From Antedon mediterranea (Eukaryota > Animalia > Echinodermata): a stretch of DNA of 64,000 nucleotides. The first letter of the stretch is position 1, and each line of letters opens with the position of its first letter. The position numbers were made by a program, and so were the translations under genes. The notes beneath the pieces are model-generated. The model had not been told where the DNA came from. It did no database searches and worked only from the letters and a program-made list of their open reading frames with translations. Positions 25,672-38,700 of the stretch are shown here, piece by piece. Location of the stretch: NCBI RefSeq assembly GCF_964355755.1, contig NC_092674.1, forward strand, positions 30,690,001-30,754,000, read 5' to 3'.

Positions 25672-28600
25672 TTATCTATTTTCCTTAAAAGTATGTATAT
25701 TGTCATCATCCCCTAATTGGAATGAGCTACGCCCTAAATGTTTTGAATTTGTTTGTGAATGTTTCTGAAAACTTGGTAATAGATCCAAGTATGAGATACT
25801 AGGCCAGTTCGCCCAAATACTGGGCTTGGAATCCCCACTACCTATATGATCTATCAGGCCAAAATCACTTACTAAGTTTGGAGAAGAATGAGAACAATGG
25901 GGAAGAGAAATGGAAGCCAGATTGCTAACATTTTTAAAGGATTCGTCAGATTCCAGGAATCTTAAGGATGCTAGACTTTCCTTCGCTTCCTGGTTACCAT
26001 TCTCACTTGCTTTACTAAACCAAGCTTTAGCTTCAGTTCTGTTAGCTGGAATGCCTCCTAGGCCTAGCTGATGGAATCGACCCATGCAGCATTGGGCTTC
26101 ACTATGTCCATTCATTGCAGCTTTGTTGTACAGATCAACAGCTTTAGCTTGGTTGATGGCTACTCCTATACCATCTTCATAGCACATTGCTAACCTGTAT
26201 GTTGCCTCTGCATCCTATTTAGAAAAACATCAATTTCATTCAAAATTTACAAAATAAGCAAATATTATCACTGTAATGGAATCACATCAAAACCAAAATA
26301 AATATTATAGTAATACCTTTTGTTTGACAGCCTTTTTTAGTAAATCGATCCCTTTAGACAGATCTTGGTTAGGCCCATATATCAGCCTAGATCCTAGGTA
26401 GCTTTGAGCCTGGCATAAACCCTGGTTAGCAGACTTGTTCAACCAGTGAACAGCCTCTTTCTCATTTCTTTTAATCCCTAGGCCTAGCAGGTGAAAGATT
26501 GCATAGTTGTACTGTGCCATGGCGTGTCCTTGTAATGCAGCCTTCTTGTACCAATATGCTGCCTATAATGTTTTATAAAAAAGTGTTATGATTAAGATAA
26601 CAACTGGCCATTGTTTAATTAAATAAACATCTTTTCAATTAAAGCTTAAATTTTGGTAGAATTAAAAAGTAAAATGATCAAAAACCTTTTTATCATTTGT
26701 GTCAAGGCCCCGGCCATGCTCATAACACACAGCTAAATTATACTGCGCTTGTTGACTACCAGCCTTGGCACCAGCCCGGAAGTAGCTGGCAGCATCAATA
26801 TACTGGCCTGCCCTGGAAAACTCCAACGCCAAAGTATTGTATGCTTCTCCTATACTTTCAAGAGCTTCCCTTTCAACAGCCTCTAATGCATCCTCCTGTA
26901 ACGTAAATAATAAGATTAAAACATAATTCATTGTTGAAATATTCAATCTCAACATGATGTTACTGATATATTAATTATTACTTGAAAACGGAACTAGAGA
27001 TTGTAAATACAGTGACATACAAGCTCTGCCTACACTATCAAAGATTATGTGACAAAAATATGTGATGTGCCCATGGACATGATGATATTTGGGCACATCA
27101 CACTTTTTTGTCAAAATAGTTTGATAGTGTGGACAGAAATTAAGGTGGACACCAAATGAGGGTCAATTTACCTCACTCTTGTCTGGCTTATCTTTTTCCT
27201 GTAATGTGTCTTTGGTTGCAGGCAAGATGCTCTTACGTATATGTTTACTGAAAGGCATGGCATATGCTAATTGATACAAATGTCCATTTGCCAATTGATA
27301 CAAATGTCCATTTTCCACTTTCTCATCTTGTTTTTCTTGGTTATTTACTGCCCTTCCCAGCTGCAGACCAAGAACAATAGCTGACCCCTACAACATGAAT
27401 AAACATTAATAAAATAAATATTAAATTTCATAAACTATTTTTTATTATATCATACATTTTAAAAGAAGGTTTCACTTACCAACCCCACTGCTTCAGCGAT
27501 GTTGCCATGGTTCCAGCATGAACCCCAGAAACTTCCGCAACGGAAATGTTGATGTTGATCATTCTTCTCCTCCCAATCGTCTCCATCCTCAAAAGATGAA
27601 TACAATCTGAAAAGAAGCATGGCAATTATTATTTATCACACAAAACATCCTAAAGCTCTGACTACACTATCAAACTTTATGTAACAAAAAATGATGTGCT
27701 CAAATATTGTAGTGATATGCTCAAATATGTTAGTGATATGACATTATCATGTCCATATATATGGGCACATCACTGTTTTTGATTTGATAGTATAGACAGA
27801 GCTTAAGTTTTTTTGGAAGAAATTACGCAGGTGAATGTATGTATTGCCCACAATGCCTCTATTTTACATACCTGATACTGGATTGGTTTGTGGAGTTACT
27901 TTCTTTTAGAGTGTACTCTGGCAGGTAGAAACCTGATGGTAATGTTCGCTTACACTCTTCATCTTGGCAACCAGCACCAGAGGTTTGAATTCCCGCCTGT
28001 ACATACTGTCTGAATACTATAAATTAAACAAGACATTTGAAATGACTGTGAAAAAGTCCTACTGTCCCCTACTACTACTACTAAATCCGGCGCTACTGCA
28101 GTTTCGCACCACACTGTTAAATCTTCGATTTATCGCTTGATTTTTTTCTCACACCCACATCATACAATTTTGGGCCATTATGTAACATGTTTCCATGATT
28201 TAGCCACCGTTATATTTACCTTTATCACAATAAAAAATGCCTTTCAAAACAGCTCTATTTCCGCGAATACCTCGATCGAACTGTGGCCATTTTAGAATCA
28301 GAAAATTGCCAGAAATCAATGCATGTTTTATTTTCTGTTTTTATTTTTAAACTGCAAAGAGTGGTTTTTATAAAGAACCAGCTAGCTGTACATATCAAAA
28401 CGGCGACGATATGAGTCTGTACATAAAACATTGATAGGACCTATTAATATGAATAATAATACTAATATTAATAACGAAATATTAATTAAACCTCTCTTTC
28501 GCCAGCTGAAAATATTTCTTGCCTTTCAAAACTAAATAGGCCTAGGCCTATATATGTGTAATCGGATTTTATTACACTGGCCTCTATAGTTTCTACATTT

Positions 28601-29234
28601 TTTGGGGAAAATGAAGCATACATTCTGGCAATTAAGTGATAAATATAAGATGGCGAACATTTCGCAGTGTGTTGACATCGAGTTCAGTATTGTTTAAAAT
28701 GTTTTGAAAAGTATTGTTATTTAAAAAAAATTACTTCGTAAGTGGTCGAATCGTATAAACATGTTACATAATATTATGTTGTGAGTGTGAAAAAGAAAAA
28801 ATTAGGCCTTAATTTTTAAATAAAAGATTTAAAAAAAGGTCCGTGCCTAAAAAACGAACCATAAATATTAAAACATACAAATTTAAATTATGATAAATTA
28901 AGTTGTATTTAAATCATTCGATAATAGTAGTAGATACATACTCTAGTTAGCCTTTGCATCAAAATTCCCACGAATAATACTTGTAATTATTAATAGCCTT
29001 TTAGGCTTGGGAGTGTGTAGGCCCTTCTCTTACGAAATGTATTAGCCTGCTCAGCGAGCTCTTCCAGGCTTTACTCTACGAAATAAACGACATGCGTCAG
29101 AGGAAAAGAAGGCTAGCCCTAGCCACTATTCTATATGCTGCCCTAAAAAGAACATTATTTATCTATCAAAAACAATTTTAAACGCCAATTATATTTAAGA
29201 ATTACTTACGTCGTGTTGATATGTTACGCCACAT
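25672..29234 (-). CDS. DELE1: DAP3-binding cell death enhancer 1 (mitochondrial stress relay, Sel1/TPR repeats), 7 exons
   Basis: Exons 29234-29210 (MWRNISTR), 28016-27872, 27606-27480, 27387-27172, 26895-26686, 26562-26317, 26214-25672 have consistent phases. The MWR start, the AEAVGLGSAIVLGLQL segment, Sel1 repeats (AQYNLAVCYEHGRG; AQYNYAIFHL; ATYRLAMCYEDGIG) and the HSSPNL tail resemble DELE1. Confidence 0.88.
27023..27140. mobile_element. PIF/Harbinger-type MITE, family B (diverged)
   Basis: AGCTCTG.CTACACTATCAAA...TTTGATAGTGT.GACAGA, shared with the other family B copies. Confidence 0.75.
27654..27803. mobile_element. PIF/Harbinger-type MITE, family B
   Basis: TAA|AGCTCTGACTACACTATCAAA...TTTGATAGTATAGACAGAGCT|TAA. 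Confidence 0.85.
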
Positions 29235-30356
29235 CTTAAAAACCCATTATTTATGCATGGATACCTCCATGATTTATGGGAGAAATTAACTTGAATAATA
29301 TTTTGGTAATACTGTACTACTACTAGCACATTTTCTGCTGCTTACACTAAAAATAACAAATGACGTAAGGCATGTTTGCTGCCATCTACATTGTCAAAAG
29401 TTGTGAATTTTTTAGATTATGTGTTTTGAAGACTTGATTATTCAATTCCGATTGCGTACTTATAGTTATGGTTCTGGCGGGCAAGAAACAAAAAAAAAAT
29501 TAAAGTTGTTTAGAATAACTTTACATAAATTTGCATTATTTTCTTTGATTCATAATAAGTCGTCACAATCAACAATGTTCTTACCATGAAACTACTACCA
29601 GCAAAAAATATCCATATTTATGATATACAGGTATTACAATCCAGTCTAGTCACTTATAAACATAACACATTACATTTTTCGCTCCCTTTATTCAAATTCA
29701 TATAAATCAAACTAGATACAAAAGAATTCCACTGCACCCTTTACATTTTATAGTATAAAAATTTTCAATACAAGAATAATTATATACTCCATTTCTATTG
29801 TTTCTATTGCAATCACTATTGGTAATAAGAATCATTACATTAGAAATAATTTCAGATAAAGTTTCTTTTTAGTTTCAAACCAGACAGTCATATTGATTAT
29901 ACACATTAAATTGTGATGTTTGAATATGAAAAAACTGGGGCGGATCCCGGGAAGGGCTAACTTATCAAAAATGAGGAGTTTTTTCCCCAAAGTACTACCC
30001 CTACAAAAATTAATTAATTTTAACCATAATTTTAGTTCCTCAAAACAGGTAAAACTTTTGGCAAATTGAAAAATTATTGAATGGCTGTGTTTAAAAGGTG
30101 AGGGTAAGAAATATTTTATGCTAAAAACCCATCATTATCCACCTACGTATTTACATATGTAAATACATCATGATCCACCTGCATATTTACATATTATGTA
30201 CAGTGCAATATTAAGGAATGCAGTAACAAAGAAACAAACAGTGTTTTTGATTCTCACTTTCTTTGGTTTTAACATCAGTATTGATAGTTCCTGAGCTCTG
30301 CATTTCAAAAGTTAAAAAAAAAACAACAAATGAGTACAAAAATTACAGAAATATTA

Positions 30357-30565
30357 AGGCCCACTCAGGCAGCGTCGTACGACAAGGCCCGACAAACCGT
30401 CTTAATCTTGACTCGTCGGTGCTGTCTGAGTTTAATCCCAACGAGACGAGTCGTCTTCAGATACCGTCGGGCGTAATTTTTAGGTCGTCCGGAGAAATCT
30501 TTAATTTTATCCAGAAAATACGACTTTTCGGGCAAATTGTCATACAACGCTGTCTGAGTTAGCCT
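30357..30565. mobile_element. PIF/Harbinger-type MITE, family C
   Basis: TTA|AGGCCCACTCAGGCAGCGTCGTACGACAA ... TTGTCATACAACGCTGTCTGAGTTAGCCT|TTA. Confidence 0.8.
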
Positions 30566-30570
30566 TTATG

Positions 30571-30786
30571 CATACCTCATGAATATGTAATACATACCTC
30601 ATAAATATGTAATACATACCTCATGAATATGTAATACATACCTCATAAATATGTAATACATACCTCATAAATATGTAATACATACCTCATGAATATGTAA
30701 TACATACCTCATGAATATGTAATACATACCTCATGAATATGTAATATATACCTTATAAATATGTAATACATACCTCATGAATATGT
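30571..30786. repeat. 22-bp minisatellite, ~10 copies
   Basis: Unit CATACCTCAT(G/A)AATATGTAATA. Confidence 0.95.
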
Positions 30787-32722
30787 ATGTTGCTAATTAC
30801 CATGATTATACATAAACAATGAAGTGTGTGATATTACTCCTCCCTGGCCAAACAATGACTTACTGATCAAGTCAATAACATTTAATTTACAGCTCAAGCT
30901 TATTCAGACTAAAGCGTGTTATCAATAATGGATGAACGCTTAATTTATGCCCATTAGCTCATCATACATATTCATAATTATATTTGCATATGCATAACAT
31001 AATTGATAGTAAGCAATATCCATACAAGTTGCAAAAACTCTTCTAAAAGTCGTATTGATAGTCATTTTTCACCTTTAAAAATAATTTTTTTTTTTTAAAC
31101 TCATCCACGCAATAAAAGAAACAGTTGAATTCCAAAAAAGTGTCCCTTAATACTCGTCTGAGGGTTAGCCGTAATGTTAAGGCATGTAGTGCATCCTTTA
31201 CTTCACAGGATAGTGTCCCTGAGTAGGGGGTTCAAATGAGGGGTATACTGTATGCAACGACGTACAAGTGCATTAGTTACATAGTTGAAACATAATTAAA
31301 CTATTTAAATAAACTTCCTTTTACTAGATTGTACTTTTAAATTGAAAAACTATTTTAAGATATTAAACTAAGAGTAAATTACAGAAAATGATACAGTTTA
31401 AATTTCAAATTGGTATAGAAAATACAGATTACACAGTAGTTGTATATATTTATAAAAAATAATAATTGTTAATATGAAAAATGATTGTATTAATACTATG
31501 GAAGATCAAATGTACTTCTATCAGATTTATCTAAACTAGCTACGCTTTCTATGCAAATTCTATCGTCTTATTACATTTTATACAACTTTACAATAATTAT
31601 ATATATTCTATTCAAAAGGATTCAAGTTACAGGGTAACTCAAACGTTTCCATGACCTTTCCAGGCAATGGACTACCATGATTTTCCAGGTTTTTAATGAC
31701 CCTTGACCTGTATGACATCTGCAGTACCTGCTGCTTAATCGGATTCTCGACCCTAATTATCAACCAGAATGTAGTGGTCTAGAATGATGTATCTGGAGAT
31801 TCTGGGTTTGAGTGTTACTTGAGAATCAATAAGCAAAGAGTATTCCATACATTTTTTATGTCAAATTGAAATGTTTTGATTGTTTAAAATCTATAATGTC
31901 AACCTCAAATTTGAAAAAAAAAAAACGGAATGGAATGATGGTTATAATTATTTCAAATCTATGGAATTTAATAGCAAATCTATGGAATTTAATAGCAAAT
32001 CCCTGATTACCTGTTTTTTTTTTAAATAATAATGGTTGATTTAAATATGTACATTTTAAAAATGTAATGGAATGACGGGTAAAACATTACAATATCAATA
32101 TAATTAAATGGTTAGTAAACTGATAAGAAACTAAAAATAAATATGTAAATAATATATTTAAGAGTTGGTATATTTGGTGGGTTAGAAAGTTGAAACAAAA
32201 TGGAAGCATTCTTGTTTGGAAAAATAAACTCCTTCGGCATGGTTTCTTGTTAGTTGCAGCCGACAACAAAATCACTTCAATGATCAAAATGTGTCATGTG
32301 TCTGCAGATGCACAGCAGACAACGTAATGTGAACATCCTGGCAACATTTCTGGAATACCAATGGATTAATTTTAATCTGTTTGAAACCAAAGATGTCCAA
32401 GACAAACTGGTTAAAACTGGCTTCGTCGAGTATCAAATGGCATCAAAGAATTGGTTATTACCTGGTTGAAAACACAGATGTCTTAGAAGAAGAACTGGAT
32501 AAAACTAGTTTCGTCTGCACAAGCATATCATTTACATTTACTGTATAATCTGGATAAAACTGGCTTTAACTGGTTTATAAAACTGCATCATTAACAAAGG
32601 CAGGACTGTTCTTTCTCAAGCTGTGTCGAGTGCAACATAAAGCATATTTACATTAGGACAAAATAAATCATCTGGTAATATAGATGAAATTAATAATTAA
32701 TTCCGCTAAGGTAAGAACATTT

Positions 32723-35700
32723 TCAAAAACCCGAAAGCATGGACATAAGTTCTTTATCGTCTTCTGGAAGTATAGTTCTTGATTTATTTGAAACTCCATT
32801 CGTTCGTCCCCCTCTGCCTTTATTTTTGTTATTATCGTCAATGTCAATATCAACGGCAGATGTTAAAGTCGGACTGAGCATCGCACCACCGACTCGTGAC
32901 CGTGATCTTGTAAGTTGTTTCCGCCCTGCAAATAAAATAAGGTGAAAGTAATCAACAACAAGTAAAATATGTAACTAATAACATTAATCTTGAATAAAGG
33001 CATACAAATCTTATCCAGGTCCTAGACTACTTAATAAAACATTAATATCCATACATTCACAAATATTTGTAATCAATGAATAATATACATTTTATATATT
33101 GTTTTCTAAACATGCACTATCGAATGCTATTTAAAAACACCCTTGGTCGCTAAACGTCTTGTTGCGTCATTCTGTAATGCCTAATGTAGTTCGTTTCTCT
33201 GAGCACGTATCAATCGTATTGGTGTCACTACAATAGTGATTGTATGTGTGTTTATGTGCCTGTCTGCAATGCAAATCCCAAGTAATGAAACCACACTACA
33301 ACTACCAGACCTTTGCACCAGGGTAAAATGTACACTCTTTACATTTTGAGCATTGTCTGGGATGTGGGATAACAAAATATGTATACACACTTGCACATTT
33401 GAATATAATTTATAGAAAAATGATCTTATTGCATGCAAGAACAAGTATTAACACCAGGCTGATGATCTGGGGGTTGTTTGTTCGATTCTGAACAGAACTT
33501 AAATAGTAAATAAAAAGTAAATATTTGGTCAAACATCTGTCTATAAAATTAAAAGCGATGTAGGGGCATACAAGTTTCTATAAACACAACCACCTCATCC
33601 CACCTCATCAGTCCCGAAAAAAAAGGTACACACTGTTAATAAACACATAGAGCAATTTAAAAAAAATCTTTATACAGAGTATTTTGTTTTGTACAGTCAA
33701 ACTTTAAATAATATATTTGTGGTAAATATATGAATGCATATATTATGTAGATTATTTTCCAATACAAACAGTAAACCATGCATTTATCAACACTGACAAA
33801 AATTTAAAATTTTTCTTCAGTTTATTTTTAAAAATGTCATGCTAAACAGTTACAACACTTAAAAAAATATTGTTTTATTTTATAAATACATTTTTATGAT
33901 TTTAAAACTCACAATTCATTTTAGGTAGACAAAGAATCTGACAAAAGAAAATTAAATGACTTGAAATCAAAAAATACTATTAAGGTAAAACCACTGGGCA
34001 ATAATAATTTAAAAACTGACTAAATTGCACACCACAATTTATGGAAAGAGGTATGAGGAAAAGCGTTGAGAGAGGACAAAGCGATTTATGAAAAGAGGGA
34101 GGATGGGGAAAGAGTAAATGATGCAATCCTAATTATCTAATGGTTGAAAAATATCACTGTTTTAAAACGAATTATAAATTTAGAAGGGTTGAAAACGGAC
34201 AAACGTCTAAATATTAACAGTTATAAAACAATATATTAAATTATTATTAGTTGAAAATTACAAATAAAAAGAAAACAAACAGAAAAATTGTAAACAAAAA
34301 AATGTCAAAAAATATATACCTGATATTATAACATACTGATTGGCATGTATAATGCCATGTTCTGGATTTGAAACAGAATTGTATGAAATGAAATAAATTA
34401 ATATTATATAAATATTAAAATAATAACTTATTTTGTATTTTTATATTGATGTACAAATAGGGTATCTAGAAAACTAAGAGGTTTTAAGTCTTAGTTTTCT
34501 AGATATCCACTCTGTTATTGTAATTTGTACCACCAATACCCCTCATGTGTACTCTACCCATCTTTGTATATCTACCACTAACAAGTCAGGTGATAGCCCT
34601 AAAGCTCGGTTCACACTGGGATGCAATGCAAGAGTACACATCCTTGCATTTGCATCCTAGTGTGAACCAAGCTTAATATATAAATAATAATAACAATATG
34701 TGTAAGTAAATAACCAAAAAATGATTATATTTGTGACAAATCAAATCTTGATTTTACCTTATATTATTTTGTATTTTGATTTTTGTGCTGAAATTAAAGT
34801 TTTTAATAAAATCTTAATAAAATCACAATTTATCATTTGTTTAAATGATTCCATGGTTGTTCTGGACTGTCGATCCACTTGTTTTTTTTAATGCGTCTTT
34901 TAATATTAATATTTTAATGTTCTTGAGACATAAACATGATAAAGTAGAGCCCTTCAAGTGTATACTAATACTATACATTATTATTAATTCCCTGGCAACA
35001 TTTCACAGTATTATATTGTTTGAAGTATCCTATGTCAAACACACAAAACTCATGATGATAATATCATACATAATTTTAAAATTAAACCCCATTATTATAG
35101 ACAAACAAGTTTATGAAGAGTCCATTTTAAATTATGAAAAAAAAAAACAATGATGAAACAATAACATGATGAGATATATTTTATACTTTTTATCCATAAT
35201 TAACAGAAAATGACAGCACTGTGGTCATGTTACAAGAGTTGTCAAAACAATATCTGATAACACCGGTCAGTCTAATTACCGAAAACAACCGAAAATAACC
35301 GAAAACAACCATAAACAACCAAAAACAACCGAAAACAAACCGAAAACAAAATAAAATAATCTAAATACCGAAAAAAAATTTTGTATAATATTTTTTTTAA
35401 TGTTGCCCTCTATTGATGGGTGTTTCTAAAGACCATAACAGAGAGAAAACCGCGCGCGCAAAAGCCAAGGAAGACCCTACGAAATGGTAGTGTGCACAAA
35501 ATACAACTAAAAATCGTACAATCAATCAATGATAACATCGCATTTACTACAGAATCTATAAAAATATTTTAATTTTAGTCTTTCAATTTTTGATCCAGAA
35601 ACGAACGCATTTACTCCTCACAATAATTGTGAATCACGTTAATCCATAGAAAGTAAATTGACTATGGTTAATCATGATCAATTTAATTATAGATTTTCAA

Positions 35701-38700
35701 AGATAATAATACAAAAATGATATTTTTAAGAATATTGATATTAGGGACTAAAGTATACTTAAAACCAGCTCACGATAAAGGATTCACAATATAATCTATT
35801 CAGTAAAATTACCGTAGTCGAGTAAATAACGTTTTTATCCTTAATCACTTCAAGTGACGAAAACCGGGGACGAAAACGCAAAGTTAGGTAAAATCATATG
35901 CTTTGTTTTGAAAAGACTAAAAACGAAATGTGTTTTGTAAGTAAATGTAGTCTACGGTGTATTTCATTGAATTTGTACGATTTTGAGTTGTATTTTAATT
36001 GTGCACACTGCCATTTCGTAGGGTCTTGTCTTCCTTGGCTTTTGCGCGCGCGGTTTTCTCTCTGTATGATGGCCGGTCTTAGCTTTAGAAACACCCATCA
36101 ATAGAGGGCGACATTAACAAAAATATTATACAAATTTGTTTTCGGTATTTAGATTTCTTTATTTTGTTTTCGGTTTGTTTTCGGTTTATTTTCGGTTGTT
36201 TCGGTTGTTTGTGGTTGTTTTCGGTTATTTTCGGTTGTTTTCGGTAATTAGACTGACCCGATAACACTCCTAGAAAGTAGTCAACATGCTTACTTTGGAA
36301 TCCCAGTGTGTCTTGAGTACAATTTAATGTTTTTTATCAACAGAAGTAGTGTTAATAGTTTTAAATTAGTAGTTGGTAGGTGTATTATAGGTTAATTAGC
36401 TGTTGAACATGTGACAATGACCCACCATACAGGGGTTATATAATTCATACTATTAAATACAGTGTGTGCAGTGAATATGTGTGGAATCGGAGGTTGTTTA
36501 AAAGCTCAATGGTATCTCATGTATGACATATAAGATATTTTTAGAATGTTTTAAATATGGATGTTATTGAACTAAATACTACCATATGGCAATACAAATA
36601 TTATTTTTCAAATCAAATTTCATATTTTTACAAAAAATATTAAACAATAATTGTTATATATAAAATATAAAAAGAGGAGTTATTACAAAAATGATTTATA
36701 TCCCTTTTTTAATCAAAAATTTGCTTTTTCATGCAAGAATTATGGCGATGAGGTGGAAATAATACTATATAGTGCTTTTGTGAACTGCCTCAATATACAT
36801 GCTATGAGCACTTTAGCACCCCAGCTCCAGCCAGCGACTGGGTTATGGCAATAGCGGCGGCAGTGGCCACACCCCATGCAGTACACAACTCACCAGACAT
36901 GAACGGCAGTGTATTATAGCTTGGTGTGACGTCCAAATCTAAATGTTTGAAACATGCTTGTTAAGTTTTTACTAGAACTACTTAAATTAAGCCACACAGT
37001 CCGCTAGGTTGGTCATGTGACACAGTCCCTAATGAGTTCTACTGTTGTGTAATATGGTAAACAGTTAAAAACATAAACACTATTTATTTCAATGTCTGTT
37101 ACAGACTTTGTTTTTAGGATAAAGAAATGCCTGCTTGTCACATGACCATCTATAAATAGCAAAGTGAGTGGCTTAATGAATTATCCAAAGTTGTGCTGAC
37201 AAAATAAATGTGTAGTCAAAAGGAAAGAAACCCTGTCCGATCACTCTCGTATACCTGGTGATGCTGTGGGTCGTTTTCTGGCCTCAATCTCTCTCCTAAA
37301 GCTTCCTGGTTTATTGTAAATATTAGTAAATAAAATCATGAAAGCACTGGTATGTATTTCATGAAATGTTGCTTCAGGGGCAAATCTAGGCAGCGCTAGA
37401 GGCACAACACTCTCCATCTGACAGCAAAATGAAACTATGAACGTTTAAAATATTCTGGATTTGCCTCTGAATGTTGCAACATTATGTTAACTATGTTTCA
37501 GACAAACAGCATTACCATCTGGACTAAATTACTGGTGTAGTACTTAAATGTAATTAAGTTAAAAACATGATTACTGCAACTAGTTGCCATATATGAAGGA
37601 TTTTAATACATCTTAGTGCACATAACATACTATTAAACATTTTATTGTTAGTTCATTTTGTATACAATTTTCTATCTAGGCTCAAAATGAAGTTTTTTTT
37701 TTAGTAAAGATGATTTTCTAAATATTTGGTATTTTTGGTGTGAATTTGTTAGTAATTTTATTTTGCAAAAGTAAACAAAGGATTCTATGTCAAAAATGCT
37801 GAGTTCTACGGTGTTCTAATCAATTTAGGTGGCAAATATCAACTCATATTGAATGATATGAGTTGATATTTTGCAACCAAAAACAATTAGAACACCATAA
37901 AGAAGTCATAAAGAATTCATAGTGCTCTCATGGTTTTCCATGGCCAATATCAAGCCTTTCAATATCAACTCATGTAATATTATAAATAATAATAAACTTT
38001 TATAAAGCGCTATTTACTGATGTCTCACAGCGCTAAAAGACCAACAAGAATTATTGAAAAGGGTGAGATTTTAGAAGTGACTTGAATTGCTTAAGAGATT
38101 TACATTGATACTTGCCACCAAAAACAATTAGAGCACCGTGAACCTTAATAAACAGTTGTAAAAGCTACTGTAGTATAATAAAATGTTTATGAAATTGACA
38201 AAAGTTCAACTAACCTGCTTGAGTTCTGGGTGTTCTCTTTTGGCGTTTGTCGTTTGGCCTCGTGAACGCGCTGCCGTCTTTGAGCGCTTCCAGCAAGTTA
38301 TCCATGACTCCCTCTTGGTCAGTTTCACCGTTGAGGTCAACCAGTTGTGTCCGATTCTTTTTGGCTTTCTTTTCCTTTTCTGCTTTCTCCTTCGCTTCTT
38401 GCATCTTCTTTGCTTTCTCTTCTAGTTTCTTTTTCTGCTCATTTTCTTTCACAGCCGCCTACAAATATGAGATGAAGTGATAATGCAGGTAACATCCTTA
38501 TGGTAAAAACATCTTTTAAGCTCTGTCTACATTATCAAACTTTATGTGACAAAAAATGTGATGTGCCCATATATAGACATGATGATGTCATATCACTACT
38601 ATATGTGTGCAAATCACAATTTTTTGTCAAACTACAATATTACGTCACCAGTAATTCTACTTTACCTTATATTCTTCAAGGAATTTTTTCAAGTCACCGA

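Noticed and set aside
30440-30470. Minus-strand CTGAAGA followed by a short hairpin
   Set aside because: It lacks the GAAA and NUH elements and is internal to a MITE.
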